Both the position numbers and the translations under genes were made by a program. This document shows positions 28,901 to 38,023 of a stretch of DNA of 64,000 nt, one piece after another; position 1 is the first letter of the stretch, and the number at the start of each line of letters is the position of its first letter. The stretch spans positions 6,181 to 70,180 of the forward strand of contig CAYYYR010000033.1 in assembly GCA_964476255.1 (NCBI GenBank), given 5' to 3'. The stretch is from an uncultured Nitrososphaera sp. (GTDB lineage Archaea > Thermoproteota > Nitrososphaeria > Nitrososphaerales > Nitrososphaeraceae). The notes below the pieces were generated by a model, which did no database searches, was not told where the DNA came from, and saw only the letters and a list, made by a program, of their open reading frames with translations.

Positions 28901-29062
28901 GGGGTCGGACCGAATCATGATGAGCTAAGAAGGTTCGCCAAGCCAAATAAGCAAAGGCATCATGATCGGATTATCTGTGCTGTCCCTCGTGCATAGATAC
29001 CTCGCAGGGCGCAGGAGTGAAAATTCCTGTCGCCCTGCGTTTCCTGAACAATCCTCGACCCC
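28901..29062 (+). ncRNA. Putative structured non-coding RNA (four-way junction), family unknown
   Basis: Closing stem GGGGTCG/CGACCCC plus three hairpins. G-U pairs and a GAAA tetraloop favour the + strand. Confidence 0.65.
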
Positions 29063-29083
29063 CTTTATACCGCATTTTGGGCT

Positions 29084-29731
29084 ATGATTGGCATGAAGCA
29101 GCTCGCGCTGGTCGCGCCACTGGCAATCCTTCTCCTGTTTCTGCCGGCATTCGCGCAGAAGGAGAACATGACGCAGGACAGCCTCCAGCTGCAAGCGCCC
29201 GGCGACGAAGAGCCCGTGCTCGAGCAAATGTCAGATAAGGCCACCTACCTGGTGCAGCTCAGGTGGCCCCAGGACGGGCCGACCTCACAGGTCGGCCTTT
29301 CGATAGAGCTAGTCTTCCTGAATGCCAGCTCTCCACAGCCGACTGAAGAAAACTTTCCCCAGACCGAGACCAACGAGACCGGCGCGAGCGGCTTTACCGA
29401 TCCTGGCATAATAGAGACCACGCTCCATGTGGAAAGCTATGACATCACGATCTATGCCGGCGACGGCAGGGAGCTGTGGGAAAAGGCTGACCAGCCCGGC
29501 GAGGGCGGCAGGGGCACGCAGAGGATAGATTTTGAAGGCAACTACACCGGCCCGATCACTATAAACATAACCAACATCCGGCCCGGGTGGGACGCAGGAG
29601 GGACTGTCACGGCAGAGGACCTGACCGACTCGGTTTCATTCACCGCGACGGTAGTGCCGGAATTCCCGGTAGCCCTGGCGTTACTGGCAGGCGGAGTAGC
29701 CGCAGCGATAGCTGCGGCGCGGCTAAGGTAG
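29084..29731 (+). CDS. Exported protein with PEF(G)-CTERM-type sorting signal
   Basis: Signal peptide (PAFA/QK) and C-terminal VVPEFP + TM + ARLR. Confidence 0.85.
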   Translation: MIGMKQLALVAPLAILLLFLPAFAQKENMTQDSLQLQAPGDEEPVLEQMSDKATYLVQLRWPQDGPTSQVGLSIELVFLNASSPQPTEENFPQTETNETGASGFTDPGIIETTLHVESYDITIYAGDGRELWEKADQPGEGGRGTQRIDFEGNYTGPITINITNIRPGWDAGGTVTAEDLTDSVSFTATVVPEFPVALALLAGGVAAAIAAARLR

Positions 29732-29791
29732 GCACGAGTTATGTAACATTGGTCTGAAGCCGATAAATTCCATACAAGCAAATCCCGCGGC

Positions 29792-30547
29792 ATGAGTGAC
29801 ATTATATCATGGGACAAGGCGATCGGCACAAAGGTAAAGTCTAGCGACGACGAGGACCTTGGCGACGTGGAGAGCATCGCAAGCGACTATGTCGAAGCCA
29901 AGGAAGGCGTGGTGAGCAAAAAGCACTATTTCATCCCAAAGTATTTCATCCAGGGCTTTGACGGCGACAAACTCTGCGCTTCGCTGACAAAGGACGAGGT
30001 CAAGGACCGCTTTGAGCGCGACAGCCCCCCGCCGCCCTCAGAGTTCCAGAACGAGGCGTACAGGGAGCATGTGCGCAGGGTGGAATCCAGCTACCCGCAG
30101 TTTGTCCACGGCGTGCCCTGGATGGCCAAAGAGCCTTCAACAGAGATCCCGGTCGACTACTCCGGCACCACCTACAACATACCTTGGGACCAGCTGATCC
30201 ACAAGCACGTCAGGACCACCGACAACGTGGAGGTGGGCTAAGTTGAGCGGATCGGCAACGAGTTTGTCGTGGTGAGGGAGGGCGTTTCGGACGTCCATAT
30301 CTATTACGTCCCGAAAACGTACATCCGCGACTATGACGGGAGCCAGCTCTGGATAGACGCGCCGAGCGGCCTCGTCAGGTCAAAGTTTGAGAGGGAGGCC
30401 GAGCCCACGGCGGAAGAGCTGCGGGCTCTTGCAGACGACGCCCCGCGCTACAGGCGTGCGGAGCCGCAGGCGCGCGCAGAGCCGGACAGCGTGATGGTGG
30501 AAACAAATGTAGACGTGGAAGAAAAAAGAACGACAGAGGGCGCCTAG
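29792..30547 (+). pseudogene. Tandem PRC-barrel-like protein interrupted by an in-frame TAA
   Basis: ORFs 29792-30241 and 30269-30547 are in frame. Reading ...DNVEVG*VERIGNEFVVVREG... restores a second repeat matching the first (DEDLGDVESIASDYVEAKEG). Confidence 0.75.
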
Positions 30548-30549
30548 CC

Positions 30550-31305
30550 CTACCCTATCTTTACGACCGGCGCATAGCTGGCGAGCCAGTCCTTGTGCTT
30601 TTTGTACTCCGGGTCCGCGTCCTTTACCAGCTGCCAGAACCGGGGCGAATGGTCCAGCTCTACAAGGTGCATGAGCTCGTGGATGATGACATAGTCGATG
30701 ACTTCAGGCGGCGCCGCAGCCAGCAGCAGGTTAAAGTTCAGGTTGCCCTTTTTCGAGCAGCTGCCCCACCTGGATTTCTGGTTCTTTATCGACACCCTGT
30801 TGTATTTCAGGTTCAGTTTGCTGGCAAGCGCCGGGAGGCGCTCTAAAATTATCTTACCGGTCTGCTCTTTGTACCATTTCTGGATCTCCTGCCTATGCCT
30901 GCGTTTATCGGCCACGTGGAAGGTGATGACTTTCATCGAGTCGGAAACGACGGCCGACTGCTGCCGGTCCTTTACGGCGTGGAAGCGATACTTGCCGCCG
31001 AGGAAATAGATCGTGCCCGGCTCTAGCCCGCCGCAGCGTTCCTTCAGCCTGTCGTAGTAGCGCGACGTCCTGATTATCCAGTCCTTTTTTGCAGAGACAA
31101 AGCTCTCGAGCTCCTCTGCGCGGTAGTTCGGCGGGACGATCGCCTCGACGCCGTTGATGCCCGAGACGAGCTTGAGCCTCTTCGCCCTATTGCTCGTGCG
31201 GACGCCTATCTGTATGCCACCGAGCGACAAAGTCAAGCTGTATATCCAGTTTTGCAGGTTGTTAAAGAATTTTTTGCAAATAGAGATATATCTTTTCCCG
31301 TGCAA
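30550..31305 (-). CDS. M48/SprT-like zinc metalloprotein (DUF45/YgjP family)
   Basis: KSRWGSCS, IDYVIIHELMH...HS..FW. The true start is probably downstream of 31305. Confidence 0.9.
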   Translation of the reverse strand: MHGKRYISICKKFFNNLQNWIYSLTLSLGGIQIGVRTSNRAKRLKLVSGINGVEAIVPPNYRAEELESFVSAKKDWIIRTSRYYDRLKERCGGLEPGTIYFLGGKYRFHAVKDRQQSAVVSDSMKVITFHVADKRRHRQEIQKWYKEQTGKIILERLPALASKLNLKYNRVSIKNQKSRWGSCSKKGNLNFNLLLAAAPPEVIDYVIIHELMHLVELDHSPRFWQLVKDADPEYKKHKDWLASYAPVVKIG

Positions 31306-31314
31306 TTTCAGCAG

Positions 31315-31548
31315 ATGCCGCGGGGCACCCGGATAAGGGCAGGCGAGCTGGCCGGCAGGCTGGGGGCGCTTGACAACGACGAAGGCATACGGATAGAGGG
31401 TGTCGGAGGCAAGATGTTTGTCAATCGTAACGCCTCCGGGATATTTGTAGTGCAGCTCGGCAATGACTTCCAGGACCTCGGCTCGGCAGGGCAGGTGACC
31501 TGCCTGATAAAGTCAAGGTTTGGAAAATACTCAGCATGGGCCTATTGA
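31315..31548 (+). CDS. Hypothetical protein
   Basis: ATG at 31315 after a TATA-like tract; GC3-rich codon usage. Confidence 0.6.
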   Translation: MPRGTRIRAGELAGRLGALDNDEGIRIEGVGGKMFVNRNASGIFVVQLGNDFQDLGSAGQVTCLIKSRFGKYSAWAY

Positions 31549-31608
31549 ATAGAAAATTCCACGCTAATTACAGATATCTTAATTAAATGAAGCCGGGTTC
31601 TATGTGTC

Positions 31609-32136
31609 ATGGCATCCGGCAAGTACTTTAACAAGGGCGTCAAAGCGCTGGACTCACCGCACGTGGGTCATGTGGTAAGGGAGACCGAAGACAAGATTGT
31701 AGTTTTTGGCGGCGGCGATGACAGGTATGACATTCCAAAATCAAAGATCAAGTTTGTCAGCGGCAACGTGCTTATCGACCTTCCGCTGTATGAAATCGTA
31801 AAATTGTACAAGATCAGCAGGGCCGAGCCGCTGCCGGCTGGCAAGGAAGTGAAGGACCCGTGGACAAAGACCGGCAACGTCGACCTTGCCGCCTACGAGA
31901 GGGAGTATCCAAAGTCCCTGTTCAACAAGGGCGTAAGGACTCAGGACGAAGAGCACGTCGGACACGTGATGAAAGAGACCGACGACAACATTGTAGTGTG
32001 GGGGCACTATGACTACAGGTTCGACGTCCCCAAGAAAAAGATAATCGCGGTCGGCAGGAACGTCATCCTGGGGATGAACTACCAGGACATATTCAAGTAC
32101 AGGGCAGACAGGAACGAGCCGCTACCGGAAGACTAG
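31609..32136 (+). CDS. Protein with two internal PRC-barrel-like repeats
   Basis: Duplicated FNKGV.....HVGHV..ET.D.IVV.G..D.R.D.PK.KI..V..NV. Confidence 0.85.
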   Translation: MASGKYFNKGVKALDSPHVGHVVRETEDKIVVFGGGDDRYDIPKSKIKFVSGNVLIDLPLYEIVKLYKISRAEPLPAGKEVKDPWTKTGNVDLAAYEREYPKSLFNKGVRTQDEEHVGHVMKETDDNIVVWGHYDYRFDVPKKKIIAVGRNVILGMNYQDIFKYRADRNEPLPED

Positions 32137-33239
32137 ATTACGCCTGCTTCGCGCAGCTTGCGCGGCAGGTAGACGTCAGCCAGGTACTTGAAGCCGTGCT
32201 TGAAGAACGCGTCCAGCTCGCACTTTTCCTCCTTCTTTAAGAACAGGTCGAGCTCTTTCTGCCACTGCTTGTCCTGGAACCACGGTTTTTTCTTCATGTC
32301 GTTTGCTCTGTTGATGTCTTCGTCTGTCGCGGCAAGTCTTGCGACTTCCGGAATGTTGTACTCGTAAATGTCGGAGAACATCATGCCGAGCACCTTGGCA
32401 TCGGGGGTGACGAGCCGGTCGCTGTCGTAGCTCAATGACTCGCTGCCGACCTTGTAGCGGAGCGCGATGCCGAGGCCCCACGGGTCGGCGTCTGCAAACA
32501 CCACCACTGGCTTTTTCCACTCTTCGTTGAGCGCCTTGACCATCATCCTGGTCGCCCTGTCCGGCTCGCCCGAGCCTGTCATCAGGATCGCGTTGTATTT
32601 CTGGATAAAGCCGGATTTGCGTATGTTGTTGAGCACCGTGTCCTTCTCCACCACCATCACAAAGTCCGCCTTGACCTTCATTATCTCCACGTCGCGTATG
32701 TTGGTTGGTATCAGCTGCGATGTCGCCCTGCTGCCAAGGTTGCAGTCGATGACGTCGCCTCCTACCCGCAGTGTGATTGGCCCGGAGATCATGCCCTTTG
32801 GCTTTGACGTGACCGAGAACTCTTCCCTTGGGACGCCCGTCAAAAGTTCGATCGCCTTTATCGCGTCGTCGGAATTTTCCTGCCCCGCCCAGAACTTTTG
32901 CTTGTTCTTTTCGTCGCCCACCGTGCTCAGGGTGGCGTAGTACATGCCCCTTATCGTGCTCTCCATCTCTTCGTCCAGCAGCCTGCGGACGGCGTTTGCC
33001 ATCACGAGATATTGGGTAAAAGTCGGGATTTTCTTGGTGCTGTCGGGGCTTATGCGGACTATCTTTTCGCCGATGGTGAGCATCCTCTTTTCGTCAGACC
33101 ACACCGTGTTGTCCGAGCCCACCTTTGGGATGTTCAGCACCGGCATTGTCTTTTGAACCATAAGATCGGCGCTGACATCCTTCATTATCAGCTTGATCTT
33201 TTTGATAACTTCCTGGTGGCGCTTGTCAGTTGTCGGCAT
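32133..33239 (-). CDS. top6A: DNA topoisomerase VI subunit A
   Basis: TIRGMYY (catalytic Tyr), VEKD, G.PD.ATR and DADPWG (TOPRIM) motifs. Confidence 0.93.
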   Translation of the reverse strand: MPTTDKRHQEVIKKIKLIMKDVSADLMVQKTMPVLNIPKVGSDNTVWSDEKRMLTIGEKIVRISPDSTKKIPTFTQYLVMANAVRRLLDEEMESTIRGMYYATLSTVGDEKNKQKFWAGQENSDDAIKAIELLTGVPREEFSVTSKPKGMISGPITLRVGGDVIDCNLGSRATSQLIPTNIRDVEIMKVKADFVMVVEKDTVLNNIRKSGFIQKYNAILMTGSGEPDRATRMMVKALNEEWKKPVVVFADADPWGLGIALRYKVGSESLSYDSDRLVTPDAKVLGMMFSDIYEYNIPEVARLAATDEDINRANDMKKKPWFQDKQWQKELDLFLKKEEKCELDAFFKHGFKYLADVYLPRKLREAGVI

Positions 33240-35223
33240 TTGCTTTCTTCCTCCCCTTTGGCTCGCCCTTGATCACTGCATCCAGAGTTGCCTGCTTGTC
33301 CTCTTTCTGCAGCGTTTCAGGTACCTTTTCCTTCTTTGCCTTTGGCTTTGACAGCTTGCCTTTTTTCCTTGCCGCGTCGATTGCGATCTGCTCCCTGTCC
33401 GGCTTGATCACTTCGCCGTCGATCTCGACTTCCTCTTCCACCTCTTCCTCGAGGCGCTCGCTGGTGATCTTGTCTTCCTTCTCCTCAACGGGGGCGATTG
33501 CCAACTGCTCGACCTTTACGTGCTTTTCCGCAAGCTCAGTGAACGCCTGCTCAAGCTTTGCCGCGTCGACCTTGATCGACTCAGAGATCGCGCTTATGAC
33601 CAGCGGGATGTAAAACTTGTAGAGGTTCAGCCTGCTGGCGGCCTCTTTCATGCGCAGCTCTTTTCTGATCTGCGCGCTCACTTTTCTGTAGAGCTCAGAC
33701 AGGCAGTACTTCATGTATTTTTTCAGCTCGCCTTCCGACGCGATGCTCTCCTTGCCGGCCGTCTTGTACGGTATCTTTGTCGAGCAGATGTGGAAGAACA
33801 CGTGCAGCGGCAAGAGCTCAACCGCTCTATCCGATTTTACCTCTACATTGGCAAACTCTTTCGCCTCCTGCTTTGTAATGCCCATCCTGTTTATCGGTAC
33901 CTCAGATACAACTTCCCTTGCCACGTCGGACCCTTCGTCGTACAAAAGCGGGATCTTGTTTGCAAACCTGTAGAGCTTGAACGAGGGGATGTCGCCTCCG
34001 TACGCGATGCCGCACTCTACGATCGTGGGCCGGTTGTTGATGACGCACGTGCGCGAAGAATAGGCGGTCAGCGACGGCTTTAGTATCTTTACTGAAATCT
34101 GCGGCCGCTGGACATCCGGAGCGCCCGCGCCTTCCGCCGTCGGGACGGCTTCCTTCGTGGTGATTATCGTGTATTCAGAAGTCATGCCGGCAGTCAGGAT
34201 CTGCTCGCCAATGGGGCTCAAATGATCCGTGTTTGCCTGCTGGAAGGGCGTGTGCTTGCACACCTTTACTATCTCGATGAGCTCGTTTTCGCTGTACCTG
34301 TCGGCGGGCTTGTTCTCCACGCCGGCCTTGGCGATGATGTCCTTTGCCTTTTCGCTCGACATTTTCTGGAACGACGCGGTCAGGACCCCCTGGAGCGTGG
34401 TCTTGTTGTTCATAAAGTTCATTATCGCCTTCTTTAGCGTCTGGAGGTCCATGTCTGCCGGGTGCGGAAGGACCTCCCTTGCGGGCTGCGGCATCACTTC
34501 GGTCCTTTTCTCAAAGGTGACCTTGCCCTCGTCCGTCTCGTACTCGATGACCGCGTAGGGGTTGACGACGCTCGTCTGGCTGATGTATTCGTTGACCTTG
34601 GCCTTTATGTTGTTCCTCGTGATCGGGGAGAGTTTCGCGTGGAGCACGGCCTCGACCCTGAACCCCGAGTCGCCGGCGATCCTGCCCTCCTCGCCCCTTA
34701 CCGGCTTTTTGGCAAGGACGATCGGCTTGTTCGTGCTGATGTCGGTCCTGAGCTCGAAATAGTACTCCGAGCCCTCTTCTTGCGACTTTGACCAGACCCT
34801 GAGCGGATGAATGGTATCCTTTGTAGAAAAGGCGGCTATCATCTTCAGGCCGACCCCGAACAGGCCGCGCTGCTGCTTTTCAACGTACTTGCCCGACGTC
34901 AGGAACGAGCAGACCGCGACGGGCACCTTGTCCGGCGGCACGCCTATGCCGTTGTCTTCGCAGGTGATCGTCCACAGGTCGTTTGCAGGGTCGAGCATCT
35001 TCAGCGACAGCGACAGCCTGGGCAGAATGTGCTCGGTTTCGCAGGAGTCAAGCGAGTTTTCGATGAGCTCCCTTACAGCCATGTACAGGATGCGCTCGGT
35101 TGTAAAGCCCGCCAGCGCAGAGTTGTCGACAAAGAATTCCGATTCTGCCTTTTTGTCGTACCTGACCCTTCCTTTCGGCCTTTGCTGCGCAGCTGCAACT
35201 TCTACAGTGGCCTTTTGTGTCAA
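33226..35223 (-). CDS. top6B: DNA topoisomerase VI subunit B
   Basis: GHKL RELIENSLD, EDNGIG, RGLFGVG; transducer RFANKIPLLYD and STKIPYKTAGKE. Confidence 0.93.
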   Translation of the reverse strand: MTQKATVEVAAAQQRPKGRVRYDKKAESEFFVDNSALAGFTTERILYMAVRELIENSLDSCETEHILPRLSLSLKMLDPANDLWTITCEDNGIGVPPDKVPVAVCSFLTSGKYVEKQQRGLFGVGLKMIAAFSTKDTIHPLRVWSKSQEEGSEYYFELRTDISTNKPIVLAKKPVRGEEGRIAGDSGFRVEAVLHAKLSPITRNNIKAKVNEYISQTSVVNPYAVIEYETDEGKVTFEKRTEVMPQPAREVLPHPADMDLQTLKKAIMNFMNNKTTLQGVLTASFQKMSSEKAKDIIAKAGVENKPADRYSENELIEIVKVCKHTPFQQANTDHLSPIGEQILTAGMTSEYTIITTKEAVPTAEGAGAPDVQRPQISVKILKPSLTAYSSRTCVINNRPTIVECGIAYGGDIPSFKLYRFANKIPLLYDEGSDVAREVVSEVPINRMGITKQEAKEFANVEVKSDRAVELLPLHVFFHICSTKIPYKTAGKESIASEGELKKYMKYCLSELYRKVSAQIRKELRMKEAASRLNLYKFYIPLVISAISESIKVDAAKLEQAFTELAEKHVKVEQLAIAPVEEKEDKITSERLEEEVEEEVEIDGEVIKPDREQIAIDAARKKGKLSKPKAKKEKVPETLQKEDKQATLDAVIKGEPKGRKKANADN

Positions 35224-35299
35224 AGACGATGGGGCTATTTCGCTATCTCAATTTAAGTGATTGCTCAACATTTATCTACCAAGTCAACAAAAGTTGTTG

Positions 35300-35461
35300 C
35301 TAGTCTATCTGCGAGCCGTACGGCGTCGTCGAGTTTTTCAGCTCCTGTATCTTGAAGCTCTGGAACTCCAGCAGGAGCCGCTTTTTGCCTTTCTGTATGA
35401 CGATAAAGTCCGAGCCCGAGCCCGCTATGGTGCCGTCGACCAGGTCCTTCAGCTGCGCCAT
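35300..35461 (-). CDS. Small hypothetical protein (53 aa)
   Basis: Hand translation: MAQLKDLVDGTIAGSGSDFIVIQKGKKRLLLEFQSFKIQELKNSTTPYGSQID. TATA ~28 nt upstream; host-like codons. Confidence 0.65.
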   Translation of the reverse strand: MAQLKDLVDGTIAGSGSDFIVIQKGKKRLLLEFQSFKIQELKNSTTPYGSQID

Positions 35462-35550
35462 GACAGCTGCTATGTTGGCCTGATTATATAACTCTGTAAG
35501 TCAGAGTAAAGCAGAGTTTTAATATCAATTCCAGAGAAGCCAGAACAGTA

Positions 35551-35865
35551 ATGTTTTTTCCCCTGCTCGGACAGGCGACCGTGCCTCTCGATCTGCTGAT
35601 ATCGATAATAGGCGTGGCGGCGGCGACCCTCACCACCTCCAGCTTTCTGCCCCAGATATTCAAGGCCTACCGGACAAAGAGCATGGAGGACGTCTCAAGA
35701 TACCTGATGAGCTTTTTCGCCACGGGCACCTTCCTCTGGATGGTCTACGGGGCATTCCAGGGCGACTGGGTGATAATAGGGGCGAACGCGACTGCGAGCG
35801 TGTTTAACATAATCCTGCTCTACATGAAGTTTGCATACCGGAAAAAGCCGGCCAAGGTGGCCTAG
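35551..35865 (+). CDS. SemiSWEET / PQ-loop transporter
   Basis: G..AA.LTT.SFLPQ.FK..RTKS..DVS...W..YG...IIGAN. Confidence 0.92.
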   Translation: MFFPLLGQATVPLDLLISIIGVAAATLTTSSFLPQIFKAYRTKSMEDVSRYLMSFFATGTFLWMVYGAFQGDWVIIGANATASVFNIILLYMKFAYRKKPAKVA

Positions 35866-36072
35866 GTGTCGGCGTCGTGCGTGAACTGGTAGGGGTTGTT
35901 CCGCTGGTCACGGTTCAGCACCGCGATCGTGTTCCTGACGAGCTGGTACATGCTGTCGTGGCAGGGACACGCGCACATCTTGGTCAGGTCCGCGGCCTCT
36001 GATGATGCCCTTGCATGAGCCGTGCTCGTTGTTAACGCAGTCGTCAGACTTTGACACGCATGATATTTCCAT
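35862..36072 (-). pseudogene. Small Cys/His metal-binding protein with a frameshift near 36000
   Basis: MEISCVSKSDDCVNNEHGSCKGII / shift / EAADLTKMCACPCHDSMYQLVRNTIAVLNRDQRNNPYQFTHDADT. Span is 211 nt (3n+1). Confidence 0.55.
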
Positions 36073-36128
36073 GAAACTGTATTTATGTTGATAGAAAATG
36101 TTAAATCACTTTACCGCCTTCTTGTCAT

Positions 36129-36492
36129 ATGGAGATTTATTCTGAAAGCAGGCCGTGGGGAAGGTTTGAAAAGTTCCACGAAAACAAGCCCTGCACAACA
36201 AAGTTGATCTATGTCAACGCGCATTCCCTGCTCAGCCTCCAGTACCACAAAAAGCGGGCCGAATTCTGGAAGGTGATAAAGGGCACCGCGGTCGTGGAGC
36301 TGGACGGTCATCCTCACCGAGGGGGAGACTGTCTCGATCCCAAAGCAGGCGCGGCACCGCGTGGCCGCGCTCGACAGCGAATGCGTGATACTTGAAATCT
36401 CGTACGGCAGGTTCGACGAAAACGACATTGTGCGCATTGAAGACGACTACCAGAGGGCCGCCGCGCCAAAGCGCGAGGTCGAGGCCGCCTAG
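36129..36492 (+). pseudogene. Cupin (type II mannose-6-phosphate isomerase C-terminal-like), frameshifted
   Basis: RPWG...LSLQYH..R.E.W.V..G in one frame continues after ~36309 in another frame as ILTEGETVSIPKQARHRV...LEISYG.FDENDIVRIEDDY.R. Confidence 0.85.
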
Positions 36493-36527
36493 CATTGATA
36501 TAGCTGCGCGCAGGCAAATAGCTCACC

Positions 36528-36734
36528 TTGGTAGAGCTGAAAATTCTAAAGGGCGAAGGCGTGTCAGTCCATTCGGCGAAAAAGAACATCACGATAAACT
36601 CCGAAGGCGACGTGCCCGCGCTAGAGATCGCCAACGAGTACGGCAATTCAGTCAGGTACGAGATTTCCGACGGCCACCGCTTTGACAGCCTCGTGGCGAA
36701 CCTCTGGCAGTTCGTCAAGGACAGACAGCACTAA
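36528..36734 (+). CDS. Hypothetical protein
   Basis: 68-aa ORF with host-like codon usage. Confidence 0.6.
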   Translation: MVELKILKGEGVSVHSAKKNITINSEGDVPALEIANEYGNSVRYEISDGHRFDSLVANLWQFVKDRQH

Positions 36735-36773
36735 GCCTATATATTCAGAAGCTGGGAAAGGGCCGGGGACAAA

Positions 36774-37949
36774 GTGCAGCTTGTAGACACCTTCAAGGCA
36801 AGTCTGGACCCCACTCTATTCCGGCTTTACCGCAGGTACCTTTATTCGCGCCACAGGGCGACTGACGAGCTCGCGCAGGCAGAGGTGGTGCACGAAAAAG
36901 CCAAGGAGCGCCTGCAAAAGATGGCGGCAAAGTTCAGGCAGAACGCGCCGTATTTCGACCCCGGCGGCCAGCTGGCAGTTAAAATCGTAGACCGCGAGCT
37001 GAAAGGCCCGGTTGGAATTGCCGCCGGCTTTGACAAGAACTGCGACGTGCTGGAACCGATGTCCTACGTCTTTGGATTTCTGAACCCCGGGAGCGTGCTG
37101 AAAAACCCGCGCGCCGGCAACCCCCAGCGGCCAAAGAGCGAGGGCACGGTCAGGATTGTAGTCGACGACGAAAGGGAGGCAATAGTCAACGCGCAGGGGT
37201 ATCCCCACAAGGGGCTTGACTACACCGTCAAGAACCTGAAAAAGTTCAGCGAAGGGCCAAAAGGCAACGCGAAAATCCTGCTCAACTTTTCCGGCATGAC
37301 CGACACGTACACTGAAGACGCGGTGCTGGATTCGTGCAGGGAAATATTGGTAAGGACCGCGCCCTACGTCGACTTTGGCTTTGAGGAGAACAGGACCTCA
37401 CCAAACACCGATTTCAATAAAGTGCTGCAGACGCCAGAGTTTACGAAGAAAATGATCGACCTGATGAACGCGCACACGCCGAATAAAATAAAGGCGTCCA
37501 AGGTGTCGCCGTACTGCAGCCTGCCGCCATCAGAAGAGGAAAGGGAGGCAAGGATAAAGTCGATCAGAGTCTTTTACGAAAACGGCGGCCAGGTCGTCAC
37601 TATAGGCAACACCCGGCCGGTCGACACGAAATCCGCAAAGATCACAAAGCACTTTGCAAGGGGGATCGCCGGCGAAAGCGGCAGGCCGCTCCTGCCCTAC
37701 ATGCTACAGCTGGTGGAGGACGTGCACGGGGCTTTTCCGGATCTCGCCATAATCGCGTGCGGGGGCATCTTTTCGGGCGAGGACGCCTGGAAGGCGTACG
37801 AAAAGGGCGCGGCGGCAGTCTCGCTGTATACCGCGCTGACCTTCAACGGGTTTGGCGTGGTGAGGGACATCCACGACGTCCTGAAGAAAAAGCTGGGAAA
37901 AGAGACCCTGCAGGGCTTTATGGAAAAGCGAGACGCTCGCATGCGTTGA
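36774..37949 (+). CDS. pyrD: Dihydroorotate dehydrogenase, class 2 (quinone)-like
   Basis: PVGIAAGFDKN, GNPQRP, SPNT, GESG.P and IIACGGI.SGEDA motifs. Confidence 0.85.
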   Translation: MQLVDTFKASLDPTLFRLYRRYLYSRHRATDELAQAEVVHEKAKERLQKMAAKFRQNAPYFDPGGQLAVKIVDRELKGPVGIAAGFDKNCDVLEPMSYVFGFLNPGSVLKNPRAGNPQRPKSEGTVRIVVDDEREAIVNAQGYPHKGLDYTVKNLKKFSEGPKGNAKILLNFSGMTDTYTEDAVLDSCREILVRTAPYVDFGFEENRTSPNTDFNKVLQTPEFTKKMIDLMNAHTPNKIKASKVSPYCSLPPSEEEREARIKSIRVFYENGGQVVTIGNTRPVDTKSAKITKHFARGIAGESGRPLLPYMLQLVEDVHGAFPDLAIIACGGIFSGEDAWKAYEKGAAAVSLYTALTFNGFGVVRDIHDVLKKKLGKETLQGFMEKRDARMR

Positions 37950-38023
37950 GTCCCGGCACGCACGATATTGGAAACCTTTTAATGCATGCGCCATCATTTT
38001 CTTCTGAATAGGGATTTAGAGCG

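Noticed and set aside
28857..29062. T-box-like leader for tyrS
   Set aside because: G-U pairs place the structure on the strand opposite tyrS, there is no T-box consensus, and tyrS has its own TATA ~30 nt upstream of the ATG.
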